Of a stretch of DNA of 64,000 bases, positions 25,740-37,729 are shown in pieces. The DNA lies in assembly GCF_006345805.1 (NCBI RefSeq), contig NC_042997.1:205840001-205904000 (forward strand), read 5' to 3'. The notes under the pieces were generated by a model, which was not told where the DNA came from, made no database searches, and saw nothing but the letters and a program-made list of their open reading frames with translations. The position numbers were made by a program, and so were the translations under genes. Source of the DNA: Octopus sinensis. Lineage: Eukaryota. The first letter of the stretch is position 1; each line of letters starts with the position of its first letter.

Positions 25740-28028
25740 TCCCAGTTTTCAGAGTTGGCACTGTCAGTGTTGGCACACTGAAAGGTAGATCTAGTGAGAT
25801 TGTAGAGATGCTTGAAAGGAGATGGGTTGATGTATGCTGCATACAAGAGGTAAGATGGAGAGGGGCTTCAGCTAGGGTTCTCACAGGCAAGGCACATAGG
25901 TATAAGGTCTTCTGGCAAGGTAACATGGATGGTGTAGGGGATGTTGGCATACTCCTTGAAGAGAAATGGGTGGAAAAGGTCATAGAGGTTGTCAGGGTAT
26001 GCGATAGAGTGCTTAAGATCAGGCTAGCCCTACAGAACAGCACAGCAACAATTATCTCTGCCTACACCCGACATGCGGGGTTACCAAATGATCAGAAGGA
26101 CCACTTTTATGAAACCCTTCTACAGGCTACCTCAAAGATGAGTGGAAATGACCTCATCTTTGTGGCTAGATACTTTAATGGGCATGTTAGGCAGGTATCT
26201 GGAATCTTCACTGGGGTACACGAAGCTACTGGAATTCTGTGATGCATGTAACCTTTTAATCTGCAACACTAACTTCAGGAAGCCAGACTGCCACCTGATA
26301 ACCTATCAGTCAGGAGATTCCGCTAGCCAAATAGACTTCATCCTCACCAGATAGCAGGATGCAGGGTCGCTCTTAAATACAAAGACCCTCCCGGGTGAAG
26401 AATGTATCCCTCAGCATAGGCTAATCATTAGTGACTTTAAGCTTGAAGCCAGAAGGACTCCAAGAAACAGACCAATCCAGAAAAGAAGGATTTGGAAGCT
26501 AAAGAACCCTTCACATGGTCAGAGATTTAGGGACATCCTCATCAAGAAATTTGATGAGAGGGAGGAGGAGCTTCAGACGTCGGACATAGAAAGTAGCTAG
26601 GAATTCCTACGGGACAGCTTGCTGAGTGCCACTGACCAAGTCTGCAGATGGTGCAAAGTCCCTTCCAGACCCAGAGTTACGTGGTGGTGGAATAGAACGG
26701 TAGACAAAGCCATTAGAGCAAAAAAACAGGCCTGGAAAGCCTGGAAGGATGTGGGTAGCAGGGAACTGTACCACGTAGCCAAAAGGGAGGCTGGGAGGCA
26801 GGTGTACGTGGCCAAGGGAGAAGTGGAAAAGAAGAAGTTTGCCAAAGTATTTCGGATTGCAAGAGAGTGTGTGAGAGAAAATTGTGATGTCACAGGAAAG
26901 AAATGTGTTCGAATGGATGATGGTGCACTTGCTTTTAGTGATTCTGAAAAGAAAGAGGCTTGGAGAAGCCATTATGAGAGACTGCTGAATATGGAGAATG
27001 AATGGGAGGAGGAAAGCCTGCCAAATGTTGACCCAGTAGAGGGACCAGATATCCCAATAGACAGTGTCTTGGTAGATAAAGCAATTAAGGGTATGAAGCC
27101 AGGAAAAGCCCCTACCTGATCAGGAATCACTGCTAAGATGCTTAAAATATCTGGTGGTGTGGGCTATGGCCTAGTCACCCACATTGTAAACCAGGTAGTT
27201 CATAACGGAGTCATACCCAATGACTGGCATAGCAGCACCATAGTCTACTGCTACAAGGGTAAAGGTGATGCTCTAGACAGAAATAACTACAGAGGAATCA
27301 AACTGCTGGATCAGGTGATGAAGGTGATAGAGGGGATCATAGCCCATCTCATTAGGGTGAGAGTCTGCTTAGATGAGATACAGTTCGGTTTTGTTCCAGG
27401 CAGAAGCACCACTGATGCCATATTCCTGGTTCGACAACTGCAGGAGAAATACCTAGCCAAAGATAAACCCCTATACTTAGCCTTTGTGGACTTGGAGAAA
27501 GCCTTTGACAGGGTCCCCCGATCCCTTATCTGGTGGGTGATGTGGAAACTGGAGATAGACAAATGGTTAATAAGGGCTGTACAGGCCCTAAACAGAGATG
27601 CTGTTAGTAAGGTTAGGGTTGGCAATGAGTATAGTGAAGAATTCTGGGTAGAAGTAGGGGTCCACCAAGGTTCAGCCCTCAGTCCCCTTTTATTCATCAT
27701 AGTCCTCCAGACAATAACAGAGGAATTCAAGAGGGGTTGCCCCTGAGAGCTCCTCTATGCTGATGACCTAGCCCTTGTAGCAGAATCACTACTGGAACTA
27801 GAGAAGAAATTTCGTGTGTGGAAGCTTGGTTTAGAATCAAAAGGCCTTAGAGTCAATGTAGCAAAGACCAAAGTTCTAGCAAGTAGGAAGGTGAACACAT
27901 CACACACCCCTTCAGGTAGGTGGCCCTGCTTGATCTGTAGAAAAGGTGTGGGTAGAAACTCCTTAAGATGTACCCAGTGTAAGCTATGGACACATAAGAG
28001 GTGCAGCAATATCAAAGGAAGGTTAATA
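25740..28028 (+). mobile_element. RTE-clade LINE, endonuclease + RT, 3'-truncated, pseudogenised
   Basis: APE motif DVCCIQEVRW. RT motifs YRGIKLL, QFGFVPGRSTTDAIF, FVDLEKAFDRVPR, GVHQGSALSPLLF and YADDL. Cys-rich WPCLICRKGVG..CTQCKLWTHKRCS. Stops and frameshifts present. Confidence 0.93.
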
Positions 28029-28130
28029 GAAGAAGAAGAAGAAGAAGAAGAAGAAGAAGAAGAAGAAGAAGAAGAAGAAGAAGAAGAAGAAGAAGAAGAA
28101 GAAGAAGAAGAAGAAGAAGAAGAAGAAGAA
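28029..28130 (+). repeat. Pure (GAA)34 microsatellite
   Basis: Uninterrupted gaa tract at the point where the RTE is cut off. Confidence 0.95.
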
Positions 28131-28599
28131 GATTTTATGTTGGGTTTTCTTATATTTAGTCTAATTTCATTAATTTCATATCCTGTGCCATTTTTTCCCT
28201 GATCCTCTTTCATTTGATTTAGATTTTTAAATGTTATTCTTTTGGCATGTCTGAATGTTTCTGACGTTTTCAGATGGATATCTGTATGCGTCTGTTTTCT
28301 GAAGAACTGAAGCAGCACATAGTATTTTGTCTTACTCATTTTGCGGCAAACAAAACATTTACCATAGAGCCTCTGTGGCAGAGTAACCCAGTTTGTAATC
28401 ATACGAGAAAATCACTCAACATAGTTTGGTTGTTATCATTTTCATAAGGTCTGTGGGTACAAATTTTGTATACCAATATTGTTGGGAAAGAAAAAGAGTC
28501 AAAATTAAATGCAACGTATACATAATTGATTTTTTAAATGACTGAAATAATAAGTAATTAAAAATGAGACGTTTCATGTGAAACAACCTAATACGTATG

Positions 28600-31500
28600 T
28601 GACGAGAACGGCTGGAGGTGAAACTCTTGACAAAAAACAATTAGGTGGCATGTCCAGGATATATAAAAATACACATCTACCATTCAATTAACAGTTCAGA
28701 ATTATTGCAGCAGATGCAGGGTATTTACAATTTGCTCGTATTTGGTTAATTTACACCACATAAAAACATATTGACATACTATAAATATACAACTGCTTAC
28801 AAAAACAGAGATTAATGTATATTTTTTTTCTATGTACAAAATTTTTTGTTTCTAATATTAAAAAAAAATATACCCCCAAAGAAAAAATCATAACCTCTCC
28901 AGAAACACCTACAAAGCAAGGGGGAGTGCAGAAAACTGAAGGCGAGTGTCTCAAGAGATAAGCAACATGAGATATTCTCAAGATTAGCAAAGGCATGCTG
29001 CAGTACATCAGATGGAGTCTCAAGAGGGAAGAAGGGACATGACACTTTCCAAAGAACACCAAACGCATGCTGCAACACATCATATAGGACCTCAAGAGAG
29101 AAGGGAGATGAGACTTTCTGAAGATCAGCAAAGGCATTCTGCTGGACATCTGATGGAGTCTCAAGACAGAAAGGAGATGAGACTTTCCCAAGATCAACAA
29201 AGGCATTCTGCTGGACATCAGATGGAGTCTCAAGACAGAAAGGAGATGAGACTTTCTGAAGATCAGCAAAGGCATTCTGCTGGACATCAGATGGAGTCTC
29301 AAGACAGAAAGGAGATGAGACTTTCCCAAGATCAACAAAGGCATTCTGCTGGACATCAGATGGAGTCTCAAGACAGAAAGGAGATGAGACTTTCTGAAGA
29401 TCAGCAAAGGCATTCTGCTGGACATCAGATGGAGTCTCAAGACAGAAAGGAGATGAGACTTTCCCAAGATCAGCAGAGGCATTCTGCTGGACATCAGATG
29501 GAGTCTCAAGACAGAAAGGAGATGAGACTTTCTGAAGATCAGCAATGGCATTCTGCTGGACATCAGATGGAGTCTCAAGACAGAAAGGAGATGAGACTTT
29601 CCCAAGATCAACAAAGGCATTCTGCTGGACATCAGATGGAGTCTCAAGACAGAAAGGAGATGAGACTTTCTGAAGATCAGCAAAGGCATTCTGCTGGACA
29701 TCAGATGGAGTCTCAAGACAGAAAGGAGATGAGACTTTCTGAAGATCAGCAATGGCATTCTGCTGGACATCAGATGGAGTCTCAAGACAGAAAGGAGATG
29801 AGACTTTCCCAAGATCAGCAAAGGCATTCTGCTGGACATCAGATGGAGTCTCAAGACAGAAAGGAGATGAGACTTTCTGAAGATCAGCAAAGGCATTCTG
29901 CTGGACATCAGATGGAGTCTCAAGACAGAAAGGAGATGAGACTTTCCCAAGATCAGCAGAGGCATTCTGCTGGACATCAGATGGAGTCTCAAGACAGAAA
30001 GGAGATGAGACTTTCCCAAGATCAGCAGAGGCATTCTGCTGGACATCAGATGGAGTCTCAAGACAGAAAGGAGATGAGACTTTCCCAAGATCAGCAAAGG
30101 CATTCTGCTGGACATCAGATGGAGTCTCAAGACAGAAAGGAGATGAGACTTACCCAAGATCAACAAAGGCATTCTGCTGGACATCAGATGGAGTCTCAAG
30201 ACAGAAAGGAGATGAGACTTTCCCAAGATCAGCAGAGGCATTCTGCTGGACATCAGATGGAGTCTCAAGACAGAAAGGAGATGAGACTTTCCCAAGATCA
30301 GCAGAGGCATTCTGCTGGACATCAGATGGAGTCTCAAGACAGAAAGGAGATGAGACTTTCCCAAGATCAGCAAAGGCATTCTGCTGGACATCAGATGGAG
30401 TCTCAAGACAGAAAGGAGATGAGACTTTCCCAAGATCAGCAGAGGCATTCTGCTGGACATCAGATGGAGTCTCAAGACAGAAAGGAGATGAGACTTTCCC
30501 AAGATCAGCAGAGGCATTCTGCTGGACATCAGATGGAGTCTCAAGACAGAAAGGAGATGAGACTTTCCCAAGATCAGCAGAGGCATTCTGCTGGACATCA
30601 GATGGAGTCTCAAGACAGAAAGGAGATGAGACTTTCCAAGATCAGCAAAGGCATTCTGCTGGACATCAGATGGAGTCTCAAGACAGAAAGGAGATGAGAC
30701 TTTCTGAAGATCAGCAAAGGTATTCTGCTGGACATCAGATGGAGTCTCAAGACAGAAAGGAGATGAGACTTTCCAAGATCAGCAAAGGCATTCTGCTGGA
30801 CATCAGATGGAGTCTCAAGACAGAAAGGAGATGAGACTTTCTGAAGATCAGCAAAGGCATTCTGCTGGACATCAGATGGAGTCTCAAGACAGAAAGGAGA
30901 TGAGACTTTCTGAAGATTAGCAAAGGCATTCTGCTGGACATCAGATGGAGTCTCAAGACAGAAAGGAGATGAGACTTTCCCAAGATCAGCAAAGGCATTC
31001 TGCTGGACATCAGATGGAGTCTCAAGACAGAAAGGAGATGAGACTTTCCCAAGATCAGCAAAGGCATTCTGCTGGACATCAGATGGAGTCTCAAGACAGA
31101 AAGGAGATGAGACTTTCCCAAGATCAGCAAAGGCATTCTGCTGGACATCAGATGGAGTCTCAAGACAGAAAGGAGATGAGACTTTCCCAAGATCAGCAAA
31201 GGCATTCTGCTGGACATCAGATGGAGTCTCAAGACAGAAAGGAGATGAGACTTTCTGAAGATCAGCAAAGGCATTCTGCTGGACATCAGATGGAGTCTCA
31301 AGACAGAAAGGAGATGAGACTTTCCCAAGATCAGCAAAGGCATTCTGCTGGACATCAGATGGAGTCTCAAGACAGAAAGGAGATGAGACTTTCTGAAGAT
31401 CAGCAAAGGCATTCTGCTGGACATCAGATGGAGTCTCAAGACAGAAAGGAGATGAGACTTTCTGAAGATCAGCAAAGGCATTCTGCTGGACATCAGATGG

Positions 31501-33829
31501 AGTCTCAAGACAGAAAGGAGATGAGACTTTCTGAAGATCAGCAAAGGCATTCTGCTGGACATCAGATGGAGTCTCAAGACAGAAAGGAGATGAGACTTTC
31601 CCAAGATCAGCAAAGGCATTCTGCTGGACATCAGATGGAGTCTCAAGACAGAAAGGAGATGAGACTTTCTGAAGATCAGCAAAGGCATTCTGCTGGACAT
31701 CAGATGGAGTCTCAAGACAGAAAGGAGATGAGACTTTCTGAAGATCAGCAAAGGCATTCTGCTGGACATCAGATGGAGTCTCAAGACAGAAAGGAGATGA
31801 GACTTTCCCAAGATCAACAAAGGCATTCTGCTGGACATCAGATGGAGTCTCAAGACAGAAAGGAGATGAGACTTTCCCAAGATCAACAAAGGCATTCTGC
31901 TGGACATCAGATGGAGTCTCAAGACAGAAAGGAGATGAGACTTTCTGAAGATCAGCAAAGGCATTCTGCTGGACATCAGATGGAGTCTCAAGACAGAAAG
32001 GAGATGAGACTTTCTGAAGATCAGCAAAGGCATTCTGCTGGACATCAGATGGAGTCTCAAGACAGAAAGGAGATGAGACTTTCCCAAGATCACAAAGGCA
32101 TTCTGCTGGACATCAGATGGAGTCTCAAGACAGAAAGGAGATGAGACTTTCTGAAGATCAGCAAAGGCATTCTGCTGGACATCAGATGGAGTCTCAAGAC
32201 AGAAAGGAGATGAGACTTTCCCAAGATCAACAAAGGCATTCTGCTGGACATCAGATGGAGTCTCAAGACAGAAAGGAGATGAGACTTTCTGAAGATCAGC
32301 AATGGCATTCTGCTGGACATCAGATGGAGTCTCAAGACAGAAAGGAGATGAGACTTTCCCAAGATCAACAAAGGCCTTCTGCTGGACATCAGATGGAGTC
32401 TCAAGACAGAAAGGAGATGAGACTTTCTGAAGATCAGCAAAGGCATTCTGCTGGACATCAGATGGAGTCTCAAGACAGAAAGGAGATGAGACTTTCCCAA
32501 GATCAACAAAGGCATTCTGCTGGACATCAGATGGAGTCTCAAGACAGAAAGGAGATGAGACTTTCTGAAGATCAGCAAAGGCATTCTGCTGGACATCAGA
32601 TGGAGTCTCAAGACAGAAAGGAGATGAGACTTTCTGAAGATCAGCAAAGGCATTCTGCTGGACATCAGATGGAGTCTCAAGACAGAAAGGAGATGAGACT
32701 TTCCCAAGATCAACAAAGGCATTCTGCTGGACATCAGATGGAGTCTCAAGACAGAAAGGAGATGAGACTTTCCCAAGATCAGCAAAGGCATTCTGCTGGA
32801 CATCAGATGGAGTCTCAAGACAGAAAGGAGATGAGACTTTCCCAAGATCAACAAAGGCATTCTGCTGGACATCAGATGGAGTCTCAAGACAGAAAGGAGA
32901 TGAGACTTTCTGAAGATCAGCAAAGGCATTCTGCTGGACATCAGATGGAGTCTCAAGACAGAAAGGAGATGAGACTTTCTGAAGATCAACAAAGGCATTC
33001 TGCTGGACATCAGATGGAGTCTCAAGACAGAAAGGAGATGAGACTTTCCCAAGATCAACAAAGGCATTCTGCTGGACATCAGATGGAGTCTCAAGACAGA
33101 AAGGAGATGAGACTTTCTGAAGATCAACAAAGGCATTCTGCTGGACATCAGATGGAGTCTCAAGACAGAAAGGAGATGAGACTTTCCCAAGATCAACAAA
33201 GGCATTCTGCTGGAGTCTCAAGACAGAAAGGAGATGAGACTTTCCCAAGATCAGCAAAGGCATTCTGCTGGACATCAGATGGAGTCTCAAGACAGAAAGG
33301 AGATGAGACTTTCCCAAGATCAGCAAAGGCATTCTGCTGGACATCAGATGGAGTCTCAAGACAGAAAGGAGATGAGACTTTCCCAAGATCAACAAAGGCA
33401 TTCTGCTGGACATCAGATGGAGTCTCAAGACAGAAAGAAGATGAGACTTTCTGAAGATCAGCAAAGGCATGCAGCTGCAGCACTTAATGCTGAATCATTA
33501 AAACGTTTAGCTCACCAGATTACACAGAGGTTCAATAGAATAGCTCTCAGAATCAGGTCACATACAAATTCGTTCTTCACAACACCTGGAGCTTCTTTCA
33601 GATATGATCCATCGCATTCTTATAAAAATGATAATTCTGTCCAAATCGGTGACCTTTCTTGTCATCTGTGCATATATTCTTGTCATTTGTGCAAAGCTTT
33701 AACATCTACTCCACAAATGCTTCATGGTCAATGCTTCACTTTCCCACATCACCTGTTTCAACATAACTGCAATATATATGTACAAACTATGCCATTATAA
33801 TCTTGAGCAATGCCAGGCATCTCTGCTAG
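28600..33829 (+). mobile_element. Non-autonomous Helitron derivative (5' end not defined)
   Basis: The STPR-like array reads into ASFRYDPSHSYKNDNSVQIGDLSC..C, which resembles a Helitron RepHel N-terminus. Ends with a degenerate hairpin (gagcaatgccagg) and CTAG|T at 33826-33830. Confidence 0.72.
28940..33470 (+). repeat. 69-bp coding-type tandem array, ~64 homogeneous copies, 23-aa unit ESQDRKEMRLSQDQQRHSAGHQM (STPR-like)
   Basis: Period 69 bp = 23 codons. Plus-strand ORFs of 561, 399, 445 and 188 aa are separated by three 1-nt deletions, one 11-nt deletion and one TAG. E1, S2, R9 and L10 match the STPR pattern. Confidence 0.92.
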
Positions 33830-34759
33830 TAAGTAATAATATTACTTGAAAATAGTTTTACATTCATTGAGCACATTCAACTTTTCTCATTTTGAATATT
33901 TTTTGAAAAGATTAGCACCAAGACACTCGTCTTGATGAGTTCTATCATATGAGCTAAATGAAAACAAAATTTTTACACAAAATCTAAATGCTTAGGTTTT
34001 GAATTTGCTTTTAGGCATTATCACTGTTTTCGGCACATTTGGCCCCAATAGTATTTTATTTAAATTTCTTATATATATAATTAGCATCATAGGATTCCTG
34101 TAGTCAAGAAAAGTTGAATTTAAATATAGTTTTCTTTTGAAAGAAGAATATTTGGAGTCAAAGTCGATTTCAGTTATTAATCTAAATCTACTGAATATTT
34201 TTGCATATAACTAACATAGATAGATTCCTCTCACCAAAATCTATCATACAAGTTAAAATAAAATATAGATTTCTTAAAAAGAAAAATATTTGGTCACAAA
34301 GTCGATTTCAGGCGTTATTCTCCTGTTTTTGACCTCACATATTTAACTCAAACTTTTCTTCTACCAAAGCAATTTTCAAGTTTTATAACCGAAAATGTAG
34401 CTTAGGATAAGATCAATTTAAAAATGTAAACATCATCTAATTTGGTTAAAAACTGAGTTTGTTATAAAACCTAAAATTAGTTGCAAGTGAGTAAATGTTG
34501 ACCTTAAGAATATTATTCACTTACCATGTGTGAATGATAAATTTATAACATACACAACATATATATGCGCATACATATGTAACATATATTTCACATACAT
34601 ACATTCATACATACATTCATACATACATATATAAATACATTCATATATGCCTACATACAGACATAACATACATATATAAATTCATAACATACTAGCATAC
34701 CTACATACACACATACATAACATACATACATACGTAATTGTATATGTACATGATGATGG

Positions 34760-34796
<37 letters not shown>

Positions 34797-35877
34797 GATG
34801 ATGATGGCCATCCACTCGTGACCGAGGAAAACCATTCCTGATCTTTAGGAACATTGTGTGCATGAAGCTACCTTGTACTTTACACTTGCAGATCTGTTAG
34901 TGACTAACGAGTCCTGTTCTTAACAAACATACAGGACCGCAAACATTGCAGACCAAGTTTTTCCCATTTATTTTCAAGCAGCATGCTTAGATTCTTTATG
35001 AAAAGTATGTACGTACATATATACATATACAAGCATACATACATACATATATACACACATACATATATACATACAAGGTTTCTCAAAACCAGACAGGAGA
35101 AAGCTAATTCCAAGACTACATATCCAGTCCATCACTGAAACTGTAAAAGTCTGTAAAACTTTCCAGAAGTTTATCATTTAAATATATATGAGCATGTCTA
35201 GATATGTAACTATATGCATGAGAATTCATACATAAAATAAAACATACAAATATGCACATACATACATATATACAGACACAACAACCAAAACTACCCTGTT
35301 GTTGATGTTGAAATTCCAATAAAGGAACCTTGGATTTAGGTTAGAAACTGGTTCTTTCTCCATTGGTAAGAAATCTTGAAATAAACTGAATTATGATATA
35401 CATACATACATGATGGTCATCCACTTGTGACCGAGAAAGGCCATTGCAGAAAAAGAAAGGAAAAAGAGAAGAAAAACTGCCTTCTGTTGTTAAATGCTTT
35501 TAAAGAAGAAGAGAGAAAAAAAGAACTGTCTTATTAGATGGTTATTTTTTTTAAAAAAGATTTACTTTGACCATATGCAACGGTTTTGTTTTGTTGTAGG
35601 TGGCTTTTCTGGCTTCTTCACTGATTCTTCTTCTATTCTGAACAGTTTGATTTGCTAAGCGTTTTGCACATGAGGTTTACTGAACCAGCAAAACTTTTCC
35701 ATTGAACTCTCAGACATGTCTTGCAAGTTCATAATTTAACTTTTACACACCCACGTCAAACTCTACTGCTTAATTCTAAGAGGCCAGATAACATCGGATT
35801 GTTGAAACGGTTATTGGCATTAATGATATGGTCGAAAGGAATTACCAACTAGACGAAATTTGTGTTATAACAAATGA

Positions 35878-35910
35878 CTAGCAGTATAGCCTGGCTTTGC
35901 TCAGGGCTAA
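35878..35910 (-). mobile_element. Helitron-like 3' terminus
   Basis: The minus strand reads gccctgagcaaagccaggctatactgCTAG|t: a hairpin followed by CTAG and a T target. Confidence 0.65.
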
Positions 35911-36429
35911 GGATTATTAAGCTAATCAAGCTCTTTATTTCAAAGCAAACAAAGTAACATCGACGTCAAATTTGAGTGAAATCTGTTGAAATTGGTAAAC
36001 TTTCGGTTGAAATTTTGCAGACAATTTGATTGGGAAATCCCATAAAGAATCGGTTTAACAATTTTTTCCCCTCATCTTTTTTTTTTTTTTTTTCGTTTTT
36101 GGAGAACTTAAAGCATTCAAAGATCCAATGAGTCCTAAGTAATGTTGGCATCAAGTTTGAACAAAATACATCAAAATTGGTATACATTATCGTTGAAAAG
36201 AACCAGATCTCTCCTGTCGAAAATATGAACAGTTTCAAAACATTGTTTACAAAATGCAAATTTGTAAACATCCAGACGTAAGTTTTGTAAGTGGAATAGA
36301 GAGGCCTACCTTCTCCCGCAGAGATGTGAGAGTCAGATCTCTCCTTTCGAAAACATGAACAGTTTTGAAACATTGTTTACAAAATAATAGCTGATCGTTT
36401 GCGAAGGAGCGTGTCTACAGTCAACACTT

Positions 36430-36560
36430 AGGTCTTTTGCTCTGGTAACCTCTGCTTTCTCCCATGTTCACACACAACCAGCTATATATCGCTATAAGTA
36501 GAGCAACGGATTCAGCTAATTTGGAAATTAGTTGTAGAGAAACGGAGAAAATATCGTTTA
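36430..36560 (+). mobile_element. PIF1/Helitron helicase C-terminal motif remnant
   Basis: PMFTHNQLYIAISRATDS resembles PVFSHGQLYVALSR. Confidence 0.6.
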
Positions 36561-36576
36561 TATTGTGTATATATAT

Positions 36577-37668
36577 TGTTACGGAATCACCCGTCGTCGC
36601 CCGTCCCGAACGGCTCACACAAGTTCCGCCACGGAACCCAAAGAGGCGGAGAGAGGAGATACAGATAGATACTGCCACAACCTCAACAGCACAGAGATAC
36701 AGAGGCACAACCCGAGATACAACCCAAAGAGGCAAGGCAACAACTGGCAACACTGGCTTATATTCAAACAACAGTTTATACGACAATTACAATTGTTACA
36801 ACATCAAGATACATCAAAGCATGCACGTGACTACTCAATACATAATACAACAGCATTTCAAGAGTACAACTCAAAGCATAATACAACATCATGTAACAAT
36901 TCAAGAGTACACGTCCCAAGACAACAGTTCTTTAAAGTCTCTTCCTAAACATCACAATCAACAAGTCCTTTACTCTTCTTCTTCACAATGTCCTTTATCG
37001 ACCACATCGACAGAGTCCTTGACTGTTCTTTTTCTCTTACTGTTCAATACACCGTGACATATATCAATGCACAAACACATACCTCAATTCCTAATTGAAT
37101 CTGCCAGTGTCCCATTCCTCTCAATACTGCTAATTCCTCTGAATACTGCTAATTCCCTTCTGTGCCGCCAAGCTTTCTCGCATCCAACTTGCTCCTAAGA
37201 ATTCCAACGCTTGCTCCTTAAATCCAAGATCCATCTGTCTTCTTCGAGGACCGGCCAGCGACTGCCAGATCCGTCTGTGTTCTTCGACGACCGCTCAACG
37301 ACTGCCCAGAACCTCACTTCCTTGTCCTGACTTCCACTCCCTCATCTCCCTCTGTTCTACCACCTATAGTCTTTCTATTTGCTATCTGATTCCTTACTCT
37401 CTCTATATCGCCTCAATCTTTTACCCTCTCCATCTGTCCCTTTAGCCTTATACTCTATCTCTATTTGCTCTCACCCCTTAATCTGTCTTCCTCTTTACTT
37501 CTTCAAGGGGTGCTCAGAATGACCTCCAATCGACCGCACAAGGTCAGAAAGGTCCCTCCAAAACCCATTAGTCTTCCGTGAACAAAAGACTGTCACTTTT
37601 CTACTAGACATGCCGGAACCATAATTCCAATGTGGGTCACCGGGAAATGCACCAGCTAAACCGTAACA
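36577..37668. mobile_element. Solo LTR-like element in a (TA)n tract
   Basis: Termini TGTTACGG...CCGTAACA (8-bp inverted), flanked by ATAT on both sides; no retroelement ORF. Confidence 0.7.
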
Positions 37669-37678
37669 ATATATATAT

Positions 37679-37726
<48 letters not shown>

Positions 37727-37729
<3 letters not shown>

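Noticed and set aside
27755-28402. Poly-Ser / poly-Glu proteins
   Set aside because: Translations of the (GAA)n tract fused to RTE sequence.
520-33470. CRISPR-like interpretation of the 115-, 58- and 69-bp arrays
   Set aside because: Units are contiguous with no unique spacers, there are no cas genes, and the context is eukaryotic.
28751-33483. Long minus-strand ORFs (620, 907, 371 aa) over the 69-bp array
   Set aside because: They arise because the unit lacks stops in those frames. Only the plus frame joins a recognisable domain.
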